A DNA stretch of 64,000 nt from a virus, in the IMG/VR virus record IMGVR_UViG_3300044627_004253, positions 2,513 to 66,512 of that record; one strand, 5' to 3'. Below, one piece after another: positions 26,763 through 36,002 of the stretch (the stretch's first letter is position 1; every line of letters begins with the position of its first letter). Below the pieces are notes generated by a model. It saw only the letters and a list, made by a program, of their open reading frames with translations, did no database searches and was not told the DNA's origin. The position numbers and the translations under genes were made by a program.

Positions 26763-28383
26763 CGGACTTTTCTGGTTCTTTACTATCTATATCTTCAATA
26801 ACTGACATAATATGCTGTTCGTCTTCAGCACTAATATGGGACGTGGCAGTATCTTCAGGCGCATCAGTGTCAGGTACATTAAATGGAATATTCGCTTCCA
26901 TTTTATTTCTGAGCTGCTGTAGCGCTTCTTGATCTAGCTCTTCATTATCTTCTACTTCATGTTCAATGGATGCTTCGTAGTCAGCATGATAATTTTTATC
27001 TATCGTAATCTTGATGTTATCCACAACATCAATATATCCGTTGATGCCTAATTGTTTACCAAGATTAAATTTAATTTCTGGATTAGCTTCGAAGGCTGCA
27101 TAAAATTCATCAGCTGAAACTTCAGTTACACCCAAAACAGGACTAGAAAAACGAGACCCTTTTACAGATGTACTCAACCATTTCTGTTCTGCACATGTGT
27201 TAGCAAAACCTAGATTGTAATTTATAGCTGGGTCCCAGTGTGTGAGCGAGTCATTATAATAACCCGTTCTTAATTCGTAAAAGAATTTAACATTATCGTG
27301 ACCTAGTGAGTTCTTAGCCACACGACAACTGATAAGATTGCCAGTGATATCACCTGACCCATTCTTAGCTAAACCTCGTCTAGAAAGAATTAAAGTCAAA
27401 GCTGTGTTCTGGTGCAGAGCTTTACCGCCGATGCGTGTTTTATTATACAGGGCGCTGTTCTCTGGTGACATGTAAGACACGCCGCCACTACCGCTCATAT
27501 CGATCTTGTCATTTTGATGATGTACAATAATAAGTACAACATTAAATTGTTTTAGGAACGCAGGAAGAAGGCGGCACCATCTATGTGCCCACTTAGCATG
27601 ACCAAGATTAGAACCTTCGTTTACTTCCTTAAACTTCTTCTTTTTGGCGTCAGACATGTTATCGCCATAATTGTAGAAACCAGCTGCCTCATCAGGATTT
27701 AAAAGCTTAGACCAGGGGTCGACTGCAATAACGATAGGTACATGTATAGGAACACGTGGAGTATCTTTATTACCCCTTGTGCCTCTGGCAATGTACACAA
27801 AATCCTTCATCACTTGCCACATGTGATCAAGTGAATTAACAGGCTCAACGCGTAGTCTGTTTAACATTTTATAGGCGCGAAGAACATTAGGATGCAACGC
27901 CCGCATAGCTCGCGCCGGGGGAATCTGCTTAGACTCGCACTCTATGTATAATGCAGGGCACCCCACATCCATAGCATTGCCAAGCAAGTCCATAACAAAA
28001 GTTGTTTTGCCTATACCTTCAGCGCCAATAATATCTATAATTTTTTGAGGTGGTATACCAAACTGACCTACAGCATACTGCAAAAGAAAATGACGAAATG
28101 GGAAAGCAAAGCCTTCTTGCACTTCTGACATTTTTTTAAAGCCTACAGTCTGATTCTTTCTAGCTGAAACTGCAGAATCAAGAGCCTGTTTAAATTTATC
28201 ACCGTAATCTTCTTCATTATCTAAAAAATGAAATCCGTAATCAATCGACACCCCGGGAGTCTCTGGGGCTGGATTAAGTACGACGTCCTTATCAATATCA
28301 TATGCCGGTTCCGTGGAACTCGGTTGTGCTTTTTTAGCGGAGCCCGCTGGGCGTCCTCTTCGCTTTTTAATAACTTCTTGCAT
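26734..28383 (-). CDS. recA: RecA/UvsX-like recombinase
   Basis: GIPPQKIIDIIGAEGIGKTT, LYIECE, IAVD, HHQ, IGGKAL, VAKN; acidic tail. Confidence 0.8.
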   Translation of the reverse strand: MQEVIKKRRGRPAGSAKKAQPSSTEPAYDIDKDVVLNPAPETPGVSIDYGFHFLDNEEDYGDKFKQALDSAVSARKNQTVGFKKMSEVQEGFAFPFRHFLLQYAVGQFGIPPQKIIDIIGAEGIGKTTFVMDLLGNAMDVGCPALYIECESKQIPPARAMRALHPNVLRAYKMLNRLRVEPVNSLDHMWQVMKDFVYIARGTRGNKDTPRVPIHVPIVIAVDPWSKLLNPDEAAGFYNYGDNMSDAKKKKFKEVNEGSNLGHAKWAHRWCRLLPAFLKQFNVVLIIVHHQNDKIDMSGSGGVSYMSPENSALYNKTRIGGKALHQNTALTLILSRRGLAKNGSGDITGNLISCRVAKNSLGHDNVKFFYELRTGYYNDSLTHWDPAINYNLGFANTCAEQKWLSTSVKGSRFSSPVLGVTEVSADEFYAAFEANPEIKFNLGKQLGINGYIDVVDNIKITIDKNYHADYEASIEHEVEDNEELDQEALQQLRNKMEANIPFNVPDTDAPEDTATSHISAEDEQHIMSVIEDIDSKEPEKSDEEFVSQNE

Positions 28384-28403
28384 AATAAATTCTAATATAA
28401 TGA

Positions 28404-28434
28404 ATGCGCCTGTAATATATTATTACAGGCGCAT
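28404..28434. terminator. intergenic hairpin
   Basis: ATGCGCCTGTAATA/TATTACAGGCGCAT. Confidence 0.55.
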
Positions 28435-28446
28435 ATTAATCATTAA

Positions 28447-29985
28447 TTACTTAGCGCTGGCGACACGCTGAATGTACTGCATGTATTTTGAAATCTCTTG
28501 GGTGGTGGCCGTATTAGATTCAAATTTAATGCGAATAGCATTCATCTCCGCTTCCTCTTCAGCATTAACAACAACCTTGGTTTCTTCAGTTGCTTGCTTT
28601 TGCTGAATAACAGGAGCAGCCGTGGGCTGTATGCTAGGCAGCGTAAACGCTGGAGGAGTTGGAGTTGGGAGCGGTGGAGGCGGAGGAGGCATTGGTGGCG
28701 GTGCGCTTGGTTTAGGCGGAACACTAAATCCCGCTTCAATAGCATCCTGCCATGTGTTTGTACCCTCAAGACTAACCATGAAAACATTAGCTGGATTACT
28801 CATAATAATATTTTGCGCCTCATGGAAGGAGATCAAAGTATTACCAAAAATGCTACCATCCATTGTCATCCAATACTTTTTAGCAGGCGCGCCCACTGCT
28901 GCTTGCGGTGGAGGCGCTGCAATAACAGGCGGTGGAGCTGGAGCCTTGTTGCTCACAGGCATAGCAAAAGGAGGGATGTCATCATCTTCTAAGCCTTCGT
29001 CTTGCGTACCAGGGAACACCTTGGCTCTGCTAGGCGGAGCAGGAACATTACAGTAATGGCTGCAAACCTCTTGAATCAGATGATAAGGAATAGCCCCATC
29101 TTCTACCAAGAAATCAACGATTTCCTGTGGTTGCATAATTTTAAAAGCGGATTGATCTCCGTACAACTGATAGCGCCCAGTTAGAGCCTCCGGCGGTACA
29201 GGATACTGGCGCACACCCTTAGTGGATTTATGCGACCCAGATGTAAAAATAAAACCATTGAATGGTTGAGGATTAGAAGGGATAGAAACAGTGTCAACCA
29301 TGATACCATTATTGGGATCAGTAATGTCACCATACAAATAATTAGTCCAGTTATTATCTAACGGTGGTTCGTGCGCGGGACGCCACTCGGAGAGCTTACC
29401 TGCCAAATCCTCAAAGGCCTTTTGTGAGACATCAATGAGATAATTTCTTTGGGTGCGATCCGAACCTGCGGTACCATAGAAATTAAATACATAACGACGA
29501 TTCGCATAAGGAATTATTATTTTAGCCTCCTTCACGTTCGCCGGTCTTTCTGTTAAGGCGCGGATAGCTGGATCTTCGTGTTTGCGCGCGAAGTTACGGA
29601 TATCCTGCACTGGATCAATTAGCTCAGGTCCTCTAGAAATACTATGCGTAAACCGCAGAGTAGACGGACTCAAAAACGATACTTGTTTATTACCGAACCA
29701 AGAATAAGCCGACACAACTGCAAAGAAAGCGTTGAGCACCGGCTGGTTTGTTTCAGTGTCTACATTGTTAATATTACGATACGGAATCCAAGAGGAAGAA
29801 AATGTACTATCAGCTTGAGAAAGCTCATAGTTAAAAGCAGGCAGAATACGACCTGAATACATTTTTTTCTGTGTAGGAGTGCCACCATAGACACCTTGTT
29901 TGTAATAACCTCCCCAATAATGATTTTCTTTTTCGGCTTTAATTTGTTTTTGAATCTGTGAGTAGTCGGTAGGAATGAATGTCAT
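28447..29985 (-). CDS. putative ssDNA-binding protein with Pro-rich linkers and GYF_2-like domain
   Basis: GRILPA and RRYVFN resemble gp32-type SSBs; position between polA and recA; YWMTMDG...VSLEGTNTWQDA. Confidence 0.45.
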   Translation of the reverse strand: MTFIPTDYSQIQKQIKAEKENHYWGGYYKQGVYGGTPTQKKMYSGRILPAFNYELSQADSTFSSSWIPYRNINNVDTETNQPVLNAFFAVVSAYSWFGNKQVSFLSPSTLRFTHSISRGPELIDPVQDIRNFARKHEDPAIRALTERPANVKEAKIIIPYANRRYVFNFYGTAGSDRTQRNYLIDVSQKAFEDLAGKLSEWRPAHEPPLDNNWTNYLYGDITDPNNGIMVDTVSIPSNPQPFNGFIFTSGSHKSTKGVRQYPVPPEALTGRYQLYGDQSAFKIMQPQEIVDFLVEDGAIPYHLIQEVCSHYCNVPAPPSRAKVFPGTQDEGLEDDDIPPFAMPVSNKAPAPPPVIAAPPPQAAVGAPAKKYWMTMDGSIFGNTLISFHEAQNIIMSNPANVFMVSLEGTNTWQDAIEAGFSVPPKPSAPPPMPPPPPPLPTPTPPAFTLPSIQPTAAPVIQQKQATEETKVVVNAEEEAEMNAIRIKFESNTATTQEISKYMQYIQRVASAK

Positions 29986-29996
29986 TTTATTTAGTT

Positions 29997-30607
29997 TTAT
30001 AAGTTGGGTCTTCTAACAGTTTTTTTTGATTTAATTAAATTATCTTTAGCCCACAAAGGTTGTAGATTTTTGTAATTAAAACACTTCTTCAATTGATTTT
30101 CGTCAGTTAAATTAAAAGTACAGCAAGGTATGATATGATCAACATGACACGCGCCATAGTGCTCCCAAGTCATACCAGACTTAAATAGACTTTCAAGATA
30201 ACTTTTTAAAAAGGCGTAGTCGCAACCTAAAATATCTTGAGTTTTATACTCTATTGTATTTTTGAATTTTTTTAACGCAGAATAAACACGCTTACGGTAG
30301 TAAGCTGCAAGCTTAGCACTAGGGTTGTACCTATGCAGTTTTCGTTTATAGCCTGCTTTTAAAGTTCTCACATGTTTCAAATTATTATAATAATAATTTT
30401 TATAATTTAATCTAGCTCTTTCTGGGTTTTTTTCTCTATACTCTGCTGCCTTTTAGCCTTATAACCCGAAGCAGATTGCTTTTTATTCTGTATTATACAG
30501 TTTTTAAAAACTTTGTCAGGATTCAAAGAAGCCCATTTACGTTTATAATTACGTATACGCTCAGCTTTTTCATCCGCTGTTTCAGGTTTTCCAGTTTGTG
30601 TCTTCAA
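29997..30607 (-). pseudogene. HNH endonuclease split by a 1-nt frameshift near 30452
   Basis: ILGC...GMTWEHYG.CHVDHIIPC...NLQPLWAKDNLIKS; adding one A to GCTAAAAGG joins ORFs 30407..30607 and 29997..30380. Confidence 0.65.
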
Positions 30608-33600
30608 GTAATTCAGATTCAGCTTTAGAAGGTTTAGCAGACCAGCGATAACAAAAAAGTTGATCGATGGGGTAGTTCATAGTTTTACCATGATACTCCC
30701 AAGTGTTCAGCTCTGTCATATAGAGTTTATGCAGTTGCGCAACCTTAAATCGCTCCTCAAGAGGACAAAGTGTAACAACGGAATCATACAAAATAATCAA
30801 TGGTCTGGCTTGTAAATTTAATTTAATGTAGGCGTCTAGCAACCACTTACCGGCTCTGGCGGCGGTAGCGGCTACACTTTCCTGCATAGGAAAATTACGA
30901 GCTTCTCGACCCATAGACTTGAATAAGCCCAGAGTCAAATGCTCATCAATGTCATCTAAGTACTTTGGATCATGGGATTCAAAGTGACGGATACGCCCAG
31001 AAGCTGCGCGGTAATAACCGGGCTTAGCTGGTACGCGCTCCATCTTTAATAAGAAATCTTGAGCTACAGGTTGACGTTTTTCCAGAGCTTTCAACAGTCT
31101 TTCTCCTGTTCCTTCCTCTGGTTTTTTGCGTGTGTCTTGCTCGATCTTTCTTTCCAATGTAGACGGGGCCGCACCATACGCCGAGCTGTTAGAAACTAAG
31201 ACACCTTGACAAGTGAATCTGTTTCTAGGTCCCGCGTTAATTATGTCGTAGACTTTCGCCAGCCTGCTTTCTGGCTGCGCATATGCCTGTTCAATATTTC
31301 CTCCGTAGTTAATCCGCATCGAATTAAACCTAAAACAGTTCTTTCTGTGTAAGTTATATCTGGGTGCTGCGCCATAAATTTTCGCGCGTGCCCTATATGA
31401 ATTTCCGGCATGCAATCTCTGTTCAACAAATTCGTCGTGCGATCTACCACCCTCAAATTTGTTTTGGAATAATTGCCTGCATTGTCTATACGGTCGAAGT
31501 CTTTCTTTTCGAAAGACTCTTCCGGCCAAGTTCGAACTGCCCACAGACAAAATTCTCTGCGTGAAGAAAACTCGACTTTTATACCGCGCAGCTTGTACCT
31601 CGCTGAGGACACATGCGTGTCTTTGTAACAACGCTGCACCATAGCCTGGTAACGCGATCCTAGTGTTTGGCGTACTTTTTTTGATACGCCTGGTATTACA
31701 GAAGTTATACGTTGAGGGTTTTGACATTGGCACTTGCCTGAAAACCCCTTTTCTATATTTCTTAAATCTTTCCGCTTTTCCGCACCGCACAGTTTGCAGA
31801 GAGTCCATACGGAAAAATAGCCGCCGCCTCTCTTCTCGACTGTATCGGCTAATATCTGCAAGCCTGGTATGTTCAAAGCCGCAGCACGTTTTTTCAGATC
31901 GGATAAGCTCAAGCTGTTTCTGCTTCGCTTCTCCAAACTTAACTTTACCGTATTGTTTTGACCACACGTCGTGGAGCTCTGTGGCTCTAAGACCTTGGTA
32001 TTCGATAACTTCTTTTTCGCCTGAGTATACGACGCCTTCATGAGATACCCACTCTACACCATCCCATAACAAGTCGCAATCAGAAACATGCTGAATAGGT
32101 TTTAAGCCCTTATGGGTTAAAACTAGTTCGTCTTCAGCTATACAGAAATTACCCACTTTGGCTGCGCCTCGATCTTTCTTTTCGTCCAATACTTCTCTAG
32201 GTTTGATATGCACCATCTCAGCCAGAGACCAGTGCAAATCTTGTTTTGGATGTTTTAAACTTCCATCTTCATTTTTAGCTAAAATAGGGTCGTTAATATC
32301 AAACAGTAAATGCTTGTATGTTTCCTGCGCTGTAGCCGGAAAAACGTCAGGAGGAAATGAAAGCCTGACTTTCTTACCTTCTTTAGTAACAGCAAAATTC
32401 AAGTCTGGATTACAGACAATATCTATAAGATTACGGTCACCAGAAATAAAAGCCAAGCCTCTGATTTCAGCTGTCTGATAATCCGACTCTACAAAGCACC
32501 AACCGTCCGGAGCTTTTACGCAGCTACGCACAGAAGGTACTTCGACTTCATATTCGCCTTCAGCGTTCAGCGTAACGAACTTCTCAAATTCAGACGGAAG
32601 CTCATTCCTGGCTTTAAGCTTACCAAACAAATCAGCTATACCCTTGGAAATCATGTCATTTACGTAGCTAGGCCAATTCAAAGAATTCGGTTTCCAACTG
32701 CGCGGGCGTCCTGTTTCTGTGGTGCTCATCTGTCCGTGTACGCGGTTATCGCTACATAGATAAAAATGAAGACCATTCTCTTTTACTACGTTACCGTCAG
32801 CATCTATATCGGCTTCTTTTAAAAAAGCTTTACATATATTACCTACAGCATTTAGTTGTAGTAATCTTCTCAAAATTATATCATTATTCTTTTCAGATAA
32901 GATTTGAATAGTTTGTTTATCCGCTGCCGGATTATAATTCTTTTGCGCTTCGGGAGGCATACTTTTTACCTTCTCCCAGCTAGTGGAAGGTAAACCCTTT
33001 TCCTTATTGCCTGTGCTTTTGATGGGCTCGTAGCCTTTAACATTAAACAACCAACGCTTTAACTGCGCGGAGGATCTAATATTAAAATCTGCGCTTTCAA
33101 TATAATGATCGAATATACCTTTCAACTTAGGTACGTCATCCGGTTTGCGTGCTGTACTTTTAAACAGCACCCACGCTTTCTCGTGTTCCCCATTTACTAT
33201 AGACGAAGCAAACTCGGAATAAATTTCGGGCGCTACGTCTATAGGCATTCTATCAATAATGGCTTTGAGAACAATATGTTTAGCCTCCAAATGAATTTCT
33301 TCACGCAGAATAACTTCCATCTTGTCGCGTGCAAAAGTATATAGCACGCGAAGTTCATCCATCATTGATACATCCATAGGTAGCCCTATTAATGCAAAGC
33401 TGACAAAAACGTCAGTTACAAAAGGATGAAATATTTTTTCGTAATAATCAGTTAAGTCTTGATACTGCAAACTTTTATATATGGCAGGCCATGCGCGATA
33501 AACAGTATCTACGTCTTTACATGCATAAGGAATAAGTATCTCATCTGGGATGGCACCATAGCCCCCATCGGCCATTAACGCTTTGTTGTGTTTAACCCAT

Positions 33601-34721
33601 ATAACTAAATCTAGGTCGTACCGCCCTAGATCTGTGTATTTCAAAGCCAGACGCTCCAAGGATAAATCCTCGGCTTCATTAGCAGTCTGTAATGCAAACT
33701 CTGTATCAAAAATACATTTCTCGTACCAATCTAAACCCAGCACATGATGCAACCACGGCGCGTCTGCAGCAAAATGATGTCCTATATATTTAACATTGGG
33801 ATTATCTAACCACGTAGATAATATTTTACCTGCCGAAGCATAATCTATATCAAATACATAATTACCTTTATCATCCATCCAGCGAACGTAGCACGCCTGC
33901 CCTGGAGCCCAGCAGAACTGCGTGCTTCTTAATTTACCATCAATGTGATTATTTCCCGCCCACTCACAGTCCACACTTAAAACATTTAAATTATTATCTT
34001 TCCACGTTTTAACTATATTCTTTAAGTCGTTAGAGTTTGAAATCACAGTGTAATTTAACTCTACTTTATTAACATTTATATTATTCAAATCTTGATACAT
34101 CCTATGTATCTCGCGTGCCTCAACCCTGAACTTCTCTATGTACTCCGGGTTTGTGACGAGCTTGTAGGAATCATCGATCAAATACAATTTAACATTATAC
34201 TTACTACAAAAAAACCATCCGCTCTTAGCATCACTGAGAGACAGTTTTATATCTGATAACAAATCAAAAATAACCTTACCTACGCATACAATTATTTTAG
34301 GATTAACTTCTTTTATTTCCTGCTCTAGAGAAGGCAGAGCCCAATGGACAATATCCTTTGGAATTTTAATTCTTTCGTTTTTAGGTAATAACCATTTAAC
34401 AAGCGCGGTATAGTAGCACTTATAGAGATCTATACCTTCTTGCGCAAATATATCCGAAAATATTACACCTGAGTCAGAACGTAGATACCTGGGCTGTACG
34501 CGTACGCCCTCATCATCGTCTCTTCTTTTTATAAATTTACTAGCCTCCTGCGGAGATACGCAGGAGGCTATAAACATTATGTCCGCAGGTCTAATTCCTT
34601 CACCCGCAATAAAAGTGACACCTTTATGTTCTTTAAAGCTGCCGGTTTTTTCTATGTACGGAACAGGAGGTAAAGAATAATCAGGTACAGGAATTACTTT
34701 TTCTTTTTTCGGATAGTCCAT
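30582..34721 (-). CDS. polA: family A DNA polymerase with N-terminal UDG-like and 3'-5' exonuclease domains, containing an intein
   Basis: GEG...DIMFIA, TALVKW, EIKEVNPKIIVCVG; SVDCEW, YACKDV; TETGRPRS, SDYQTAEIRGLA, RGAAKVGNF|SSAYG, NFPMQE, LYDS. Confidence 0.92.
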   Translation of the reverse strand: MDYPKKEKVIPVPDYSLPPVPYIEKTGSFKEHKGVTFIAGEGIRPADIMFIASCVSPQEASKFIKRRDDDEGVRVQPRYLRSDSGVIFSDIFAQEGIDLYKCYYTALVKWLLPKNERIKIPKDIVHWALPSLEQEIKEVNPKIIVCVGKVIFDLLSDIKLSLSDAKSGWFFCSKYNVKLYLIDDSYKLVTNPEYIEKFRVEAREIHRMYQDLNNINVNKVELNYTVISNSNDLKNIVKTWKDNNLNVLSVDCEWAGNNHIDGKLRSTQFCWAPGQACYVRWMDDKGNYVFDIDYASAGKILSTWLDNPNVKYIGHHFAADAPWLHHVLGLDWYEKCIFDTEFALQTANEAEDLSLERLALKYTDLGRYDLDLVIWVKHNKALMADGGYGAIPDEILIPYACKDVDTVYRAWPAIYKSLQYQDLTDYYEKIFHPFVTDVFVSFALIGLPMDVSMMDELRVLYTFARDKMEVILREEIHLEAKHIVLKAIIDRMPIDVAPEIYSEFASSIVNGEHEKAWVLFKSTARKPDDVPKLKGIFDHYIESADFNIRSSAQLKRWLFNVKGYEPIKSTGNKEKGLPSTSWEKVKSMPPEAQKNYNPAADKQTIQILSEKNNDIILRRLLQLNAVGNICKAFLKEADIDADGNVVKENGLHFYLCSDNRVHGQMSTTETGRPRSWKPNSLNWPSYVNDMISKGIADLFGKLKARNELPSEFEKFVTLNAEGEYEVEVPSVRSCVKAPDGWCFVESDYQTAEIRGLAFISGDRNLIDIVCNPDLNFAVTKEGKKVRLSFPPDVFPATAQETYKHLLFDINDPILAKNEDGSLKHPKQDLHWSLAEMVHIKPREVLDEKKDRGAAKVGNFCIAEDELVLTHKGLKPIQHVSDCDLLWDGVEWVSHEGVVYSGEKEVIEYQGLRATELHDVWSKQYGKVKFGEAKQKQLELIRSEKTCCGFEHTRLADISRYSREERRRLFFRMDSLQTVRCGKAERFKKYRKGVFRQVPMSKPSTYNFCNTRRIKKSTPNTRIALPGYGAALLQRHACVLSEVQAARYKSRVFFTQRILSVGSSNLAGRVFRKERLRPYRQCRQLFQNKFEGGRSHDEFVEQRLHAGNSYRARAKIYGAAPRYNLHRKNCFRFNSMRINYGGNIEQAYAQPESRLAKVYDIINAGPRNRFTCQGVLVSNSSAYGAAPSTLERKIEQDTRKKPEEGTGERLLKALEKRQPVAQDFLLKMERVPAKPGYYRAASGRIRHFESHDPKYLDDIDEHLTLGLFKSMGREARNFPMQESVAATAARAGKWLLDAYIKLNLQARPLIILYDSVVTLCPLEERFKVAQLHKLYMTELNTWEYHGKTMNYPIDQLFCYRWSAKPSKAESELLEDTNWKT
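31188..32144 (-). mobile_element. intein (319 aa) in polymerase motif B; no in-frame endonuclease
   Basis: GNF|CIAEDELV, ATELHDVW, KVYDIINAG, FTCQGVLVSN|SSAYG. Confidence 0.9.
31241..32041 (-). CDS. HNH homing endonuclease overprinted in the +1 frame inside the PolA intein
   Basis: CKLCG, CQC, YQAMVQRCY, YKLRGIKV, DRIDNAGNYSKTNLRVVDRTTNLLN. Confidence 0.85.
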   Translation of the reverse strand: MKASYTQAKKKLSNTKVLEPQSSTTCGQNNTVKLSLEKRSRNSLSLSDLKKRAAALNIPGLQILADTVEKRGGGYFSVWTLCKLCGAEKRKDLRNIEKGFSGKCQCQNPQRITSVIPGVSKKVRQTLGSRYQAMVQRCYKDTHVSSARYKLRGIKVEFSSRREFCLWAVRTWPEESFEKKDFDRIDNAGNYSKTNLRVVDRTTNLLNRDCMPEIHIGHARKFMAQHPDITYTERTVLGLIRCGLTTEEILNRHMRSQKAGWRKSTT

Positions 34722-34866
34722 AAGTATTCAGTAATTCAGTTAAAAACTTAAGCTCGTCTCTCACGGCTTCACAGTACCCGGCATCTTCGTCATCCATTAT
34801 AGGACACTTAAGTTTTTTACGCAGTGCGTATTTTCTTTTTAGTATAAAAGACGGAGAGACATGCAT
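34681..34866 (-). CDS. small hypothetical protein
   Basis: 61 aa ORF filling the gap before polA. Confidence 0.4.
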   Translation of the reverse strand: MHVSPSFILKRKYALRKKLKCPIMDDEDAGYCEAVRDELKFLTELLNTYGLSEKRKSNSCT

Positions 34867-34871
34867 AATAA

Positions 34872-36002
34872 TTAATCTTTAAAAAGATGATTAACATATG
34901 ACTTCCACCGGGAAATCAAGAGGTGAATGGCGTTTGATGTATAGCGCGCTTGCAGCCGCACGCAAGGATGTTTGTTAGACAAGTACGCGGGATTTTCCAA
35001 GTCTAGCGCATTACCTTCGGCGTCAAGCGGGTTGGATTTCTTTTTGCAGAATATCTGACAAACAAGAGCATAATTTTCTCTGATGGCGCTAGCCTTTAAT
35101 ACGGGAGCGCGATGCGAAGAATTGCTCTTGTGAAAAACGTATCTTAATATAGCGTAAAACTTATTTTTATTAATTAATTTTTTAGTTTTAGGGTCTATCC
35201 ATTCGTGTGCGAATGTGCTATAAATTTGATCACTATTAAATAAGCCAACCTTAGTAAATCTGTCTGTATCCGTTACGCTCACAGATTTTGAAAGTAACTC
35301 AGAAAGACTATCAACTTTATCGGTATAAGGCTTTACTCCGCCGGTAAGATGAGCGCTAGGCGTCACGACTGGAGAGCTAGCACGAGGCTTTGAAGTTAAT
35401 GCTTCTATATCAGCTTTCAGCTTTTTAACTTCTTTTTGAAGAAGGTCATGCCTGATAGTTGTTTTCTTTAATTGATTTATAATCTGAGTAATATAATTAA
35501 CAGCTTTGTTAGTTTCTATTACATCGCACGAAGATACGGTAGGCTGATTTTCTGGGCTGGGTTGTTTTCTTTCGAATTCTTTTCTGTGTTCCCACAGCCA
35601 AGCTCGAATAGCGTCATCTACTTCCACTCCTTTAATTTTTAGAACGTCTAAAATACTATGCATCCCATCCAATGTCCACATAAGCTGTCTAGTCTTATGT
35701 ACGCCTTTTCCAGAAGTACCAGGAGGCACGAAACTAGTTGGGGCGTCGTCATGATAAACACCATGTTGCGTCATACCGCAATATAATTTAGACAACCGTT
35801 TAGTATCAATTTTAAGCAAAGACGCGAAACATTTATTTGGCATCAAAACATACCGCTCGACGTCATATACATTTTTAGATTCGTTAATAAGATACCAAGT
35901 AGCATCATCTATTTTAATTTGCGTCCACTGGTAGCCACCACAATTAACATAATTTTTAATATTCAAATTCATTTCAAGTTGTTCTTTAGATTGTGTAGTC
36001 AT
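34872..36002 (-). CDS. putative DNA-binding protein (antirepressor-like architecture)
   Basis: N-terminal domain, coiled coil, C-terminal INKNKFYAILR weakly like KilAC/ANT. Confidence 0.4.
   Translation of the reverse strand: MTTQSKEQLEMNLNIKNYVNCGGYQWTQIKIDDATWYLINESKNVYDVERYVLMPNKCFASLLKIDTKRLSKLYCGMTQHGVYHDDAPTSFVPPGTSGKGVHKTRQLMWTLDGMHSILDVLKIKGVEVDDAIRAWLWEHRKEFERKQPSPENQPTVSSCDVIETNKAVNYITQIINQLKKTTIRHDLLQKEVKKLKADIEALTSKPRASSPVVTPSAHLTGGVKPYTDKVDSLSELLSKSVSVTDTDRFTKVGLFNSDQIYSTFAHEWIDPKTKKLINKNKFYAILRYVFHKSNSSHRAPVLKASAIRENYALVCQIFCKKKSNPLDAEGNALDLENPAYLSNKHPCVRLQARYTSNAIHLLISRWKSYVNHLFKD

Noticed and set aside
28498-29056. Long plus-strand Gly-rich and Arg/Trp-rich ORFs
   Set aside because: Antisense shadows of the polyproline segments.
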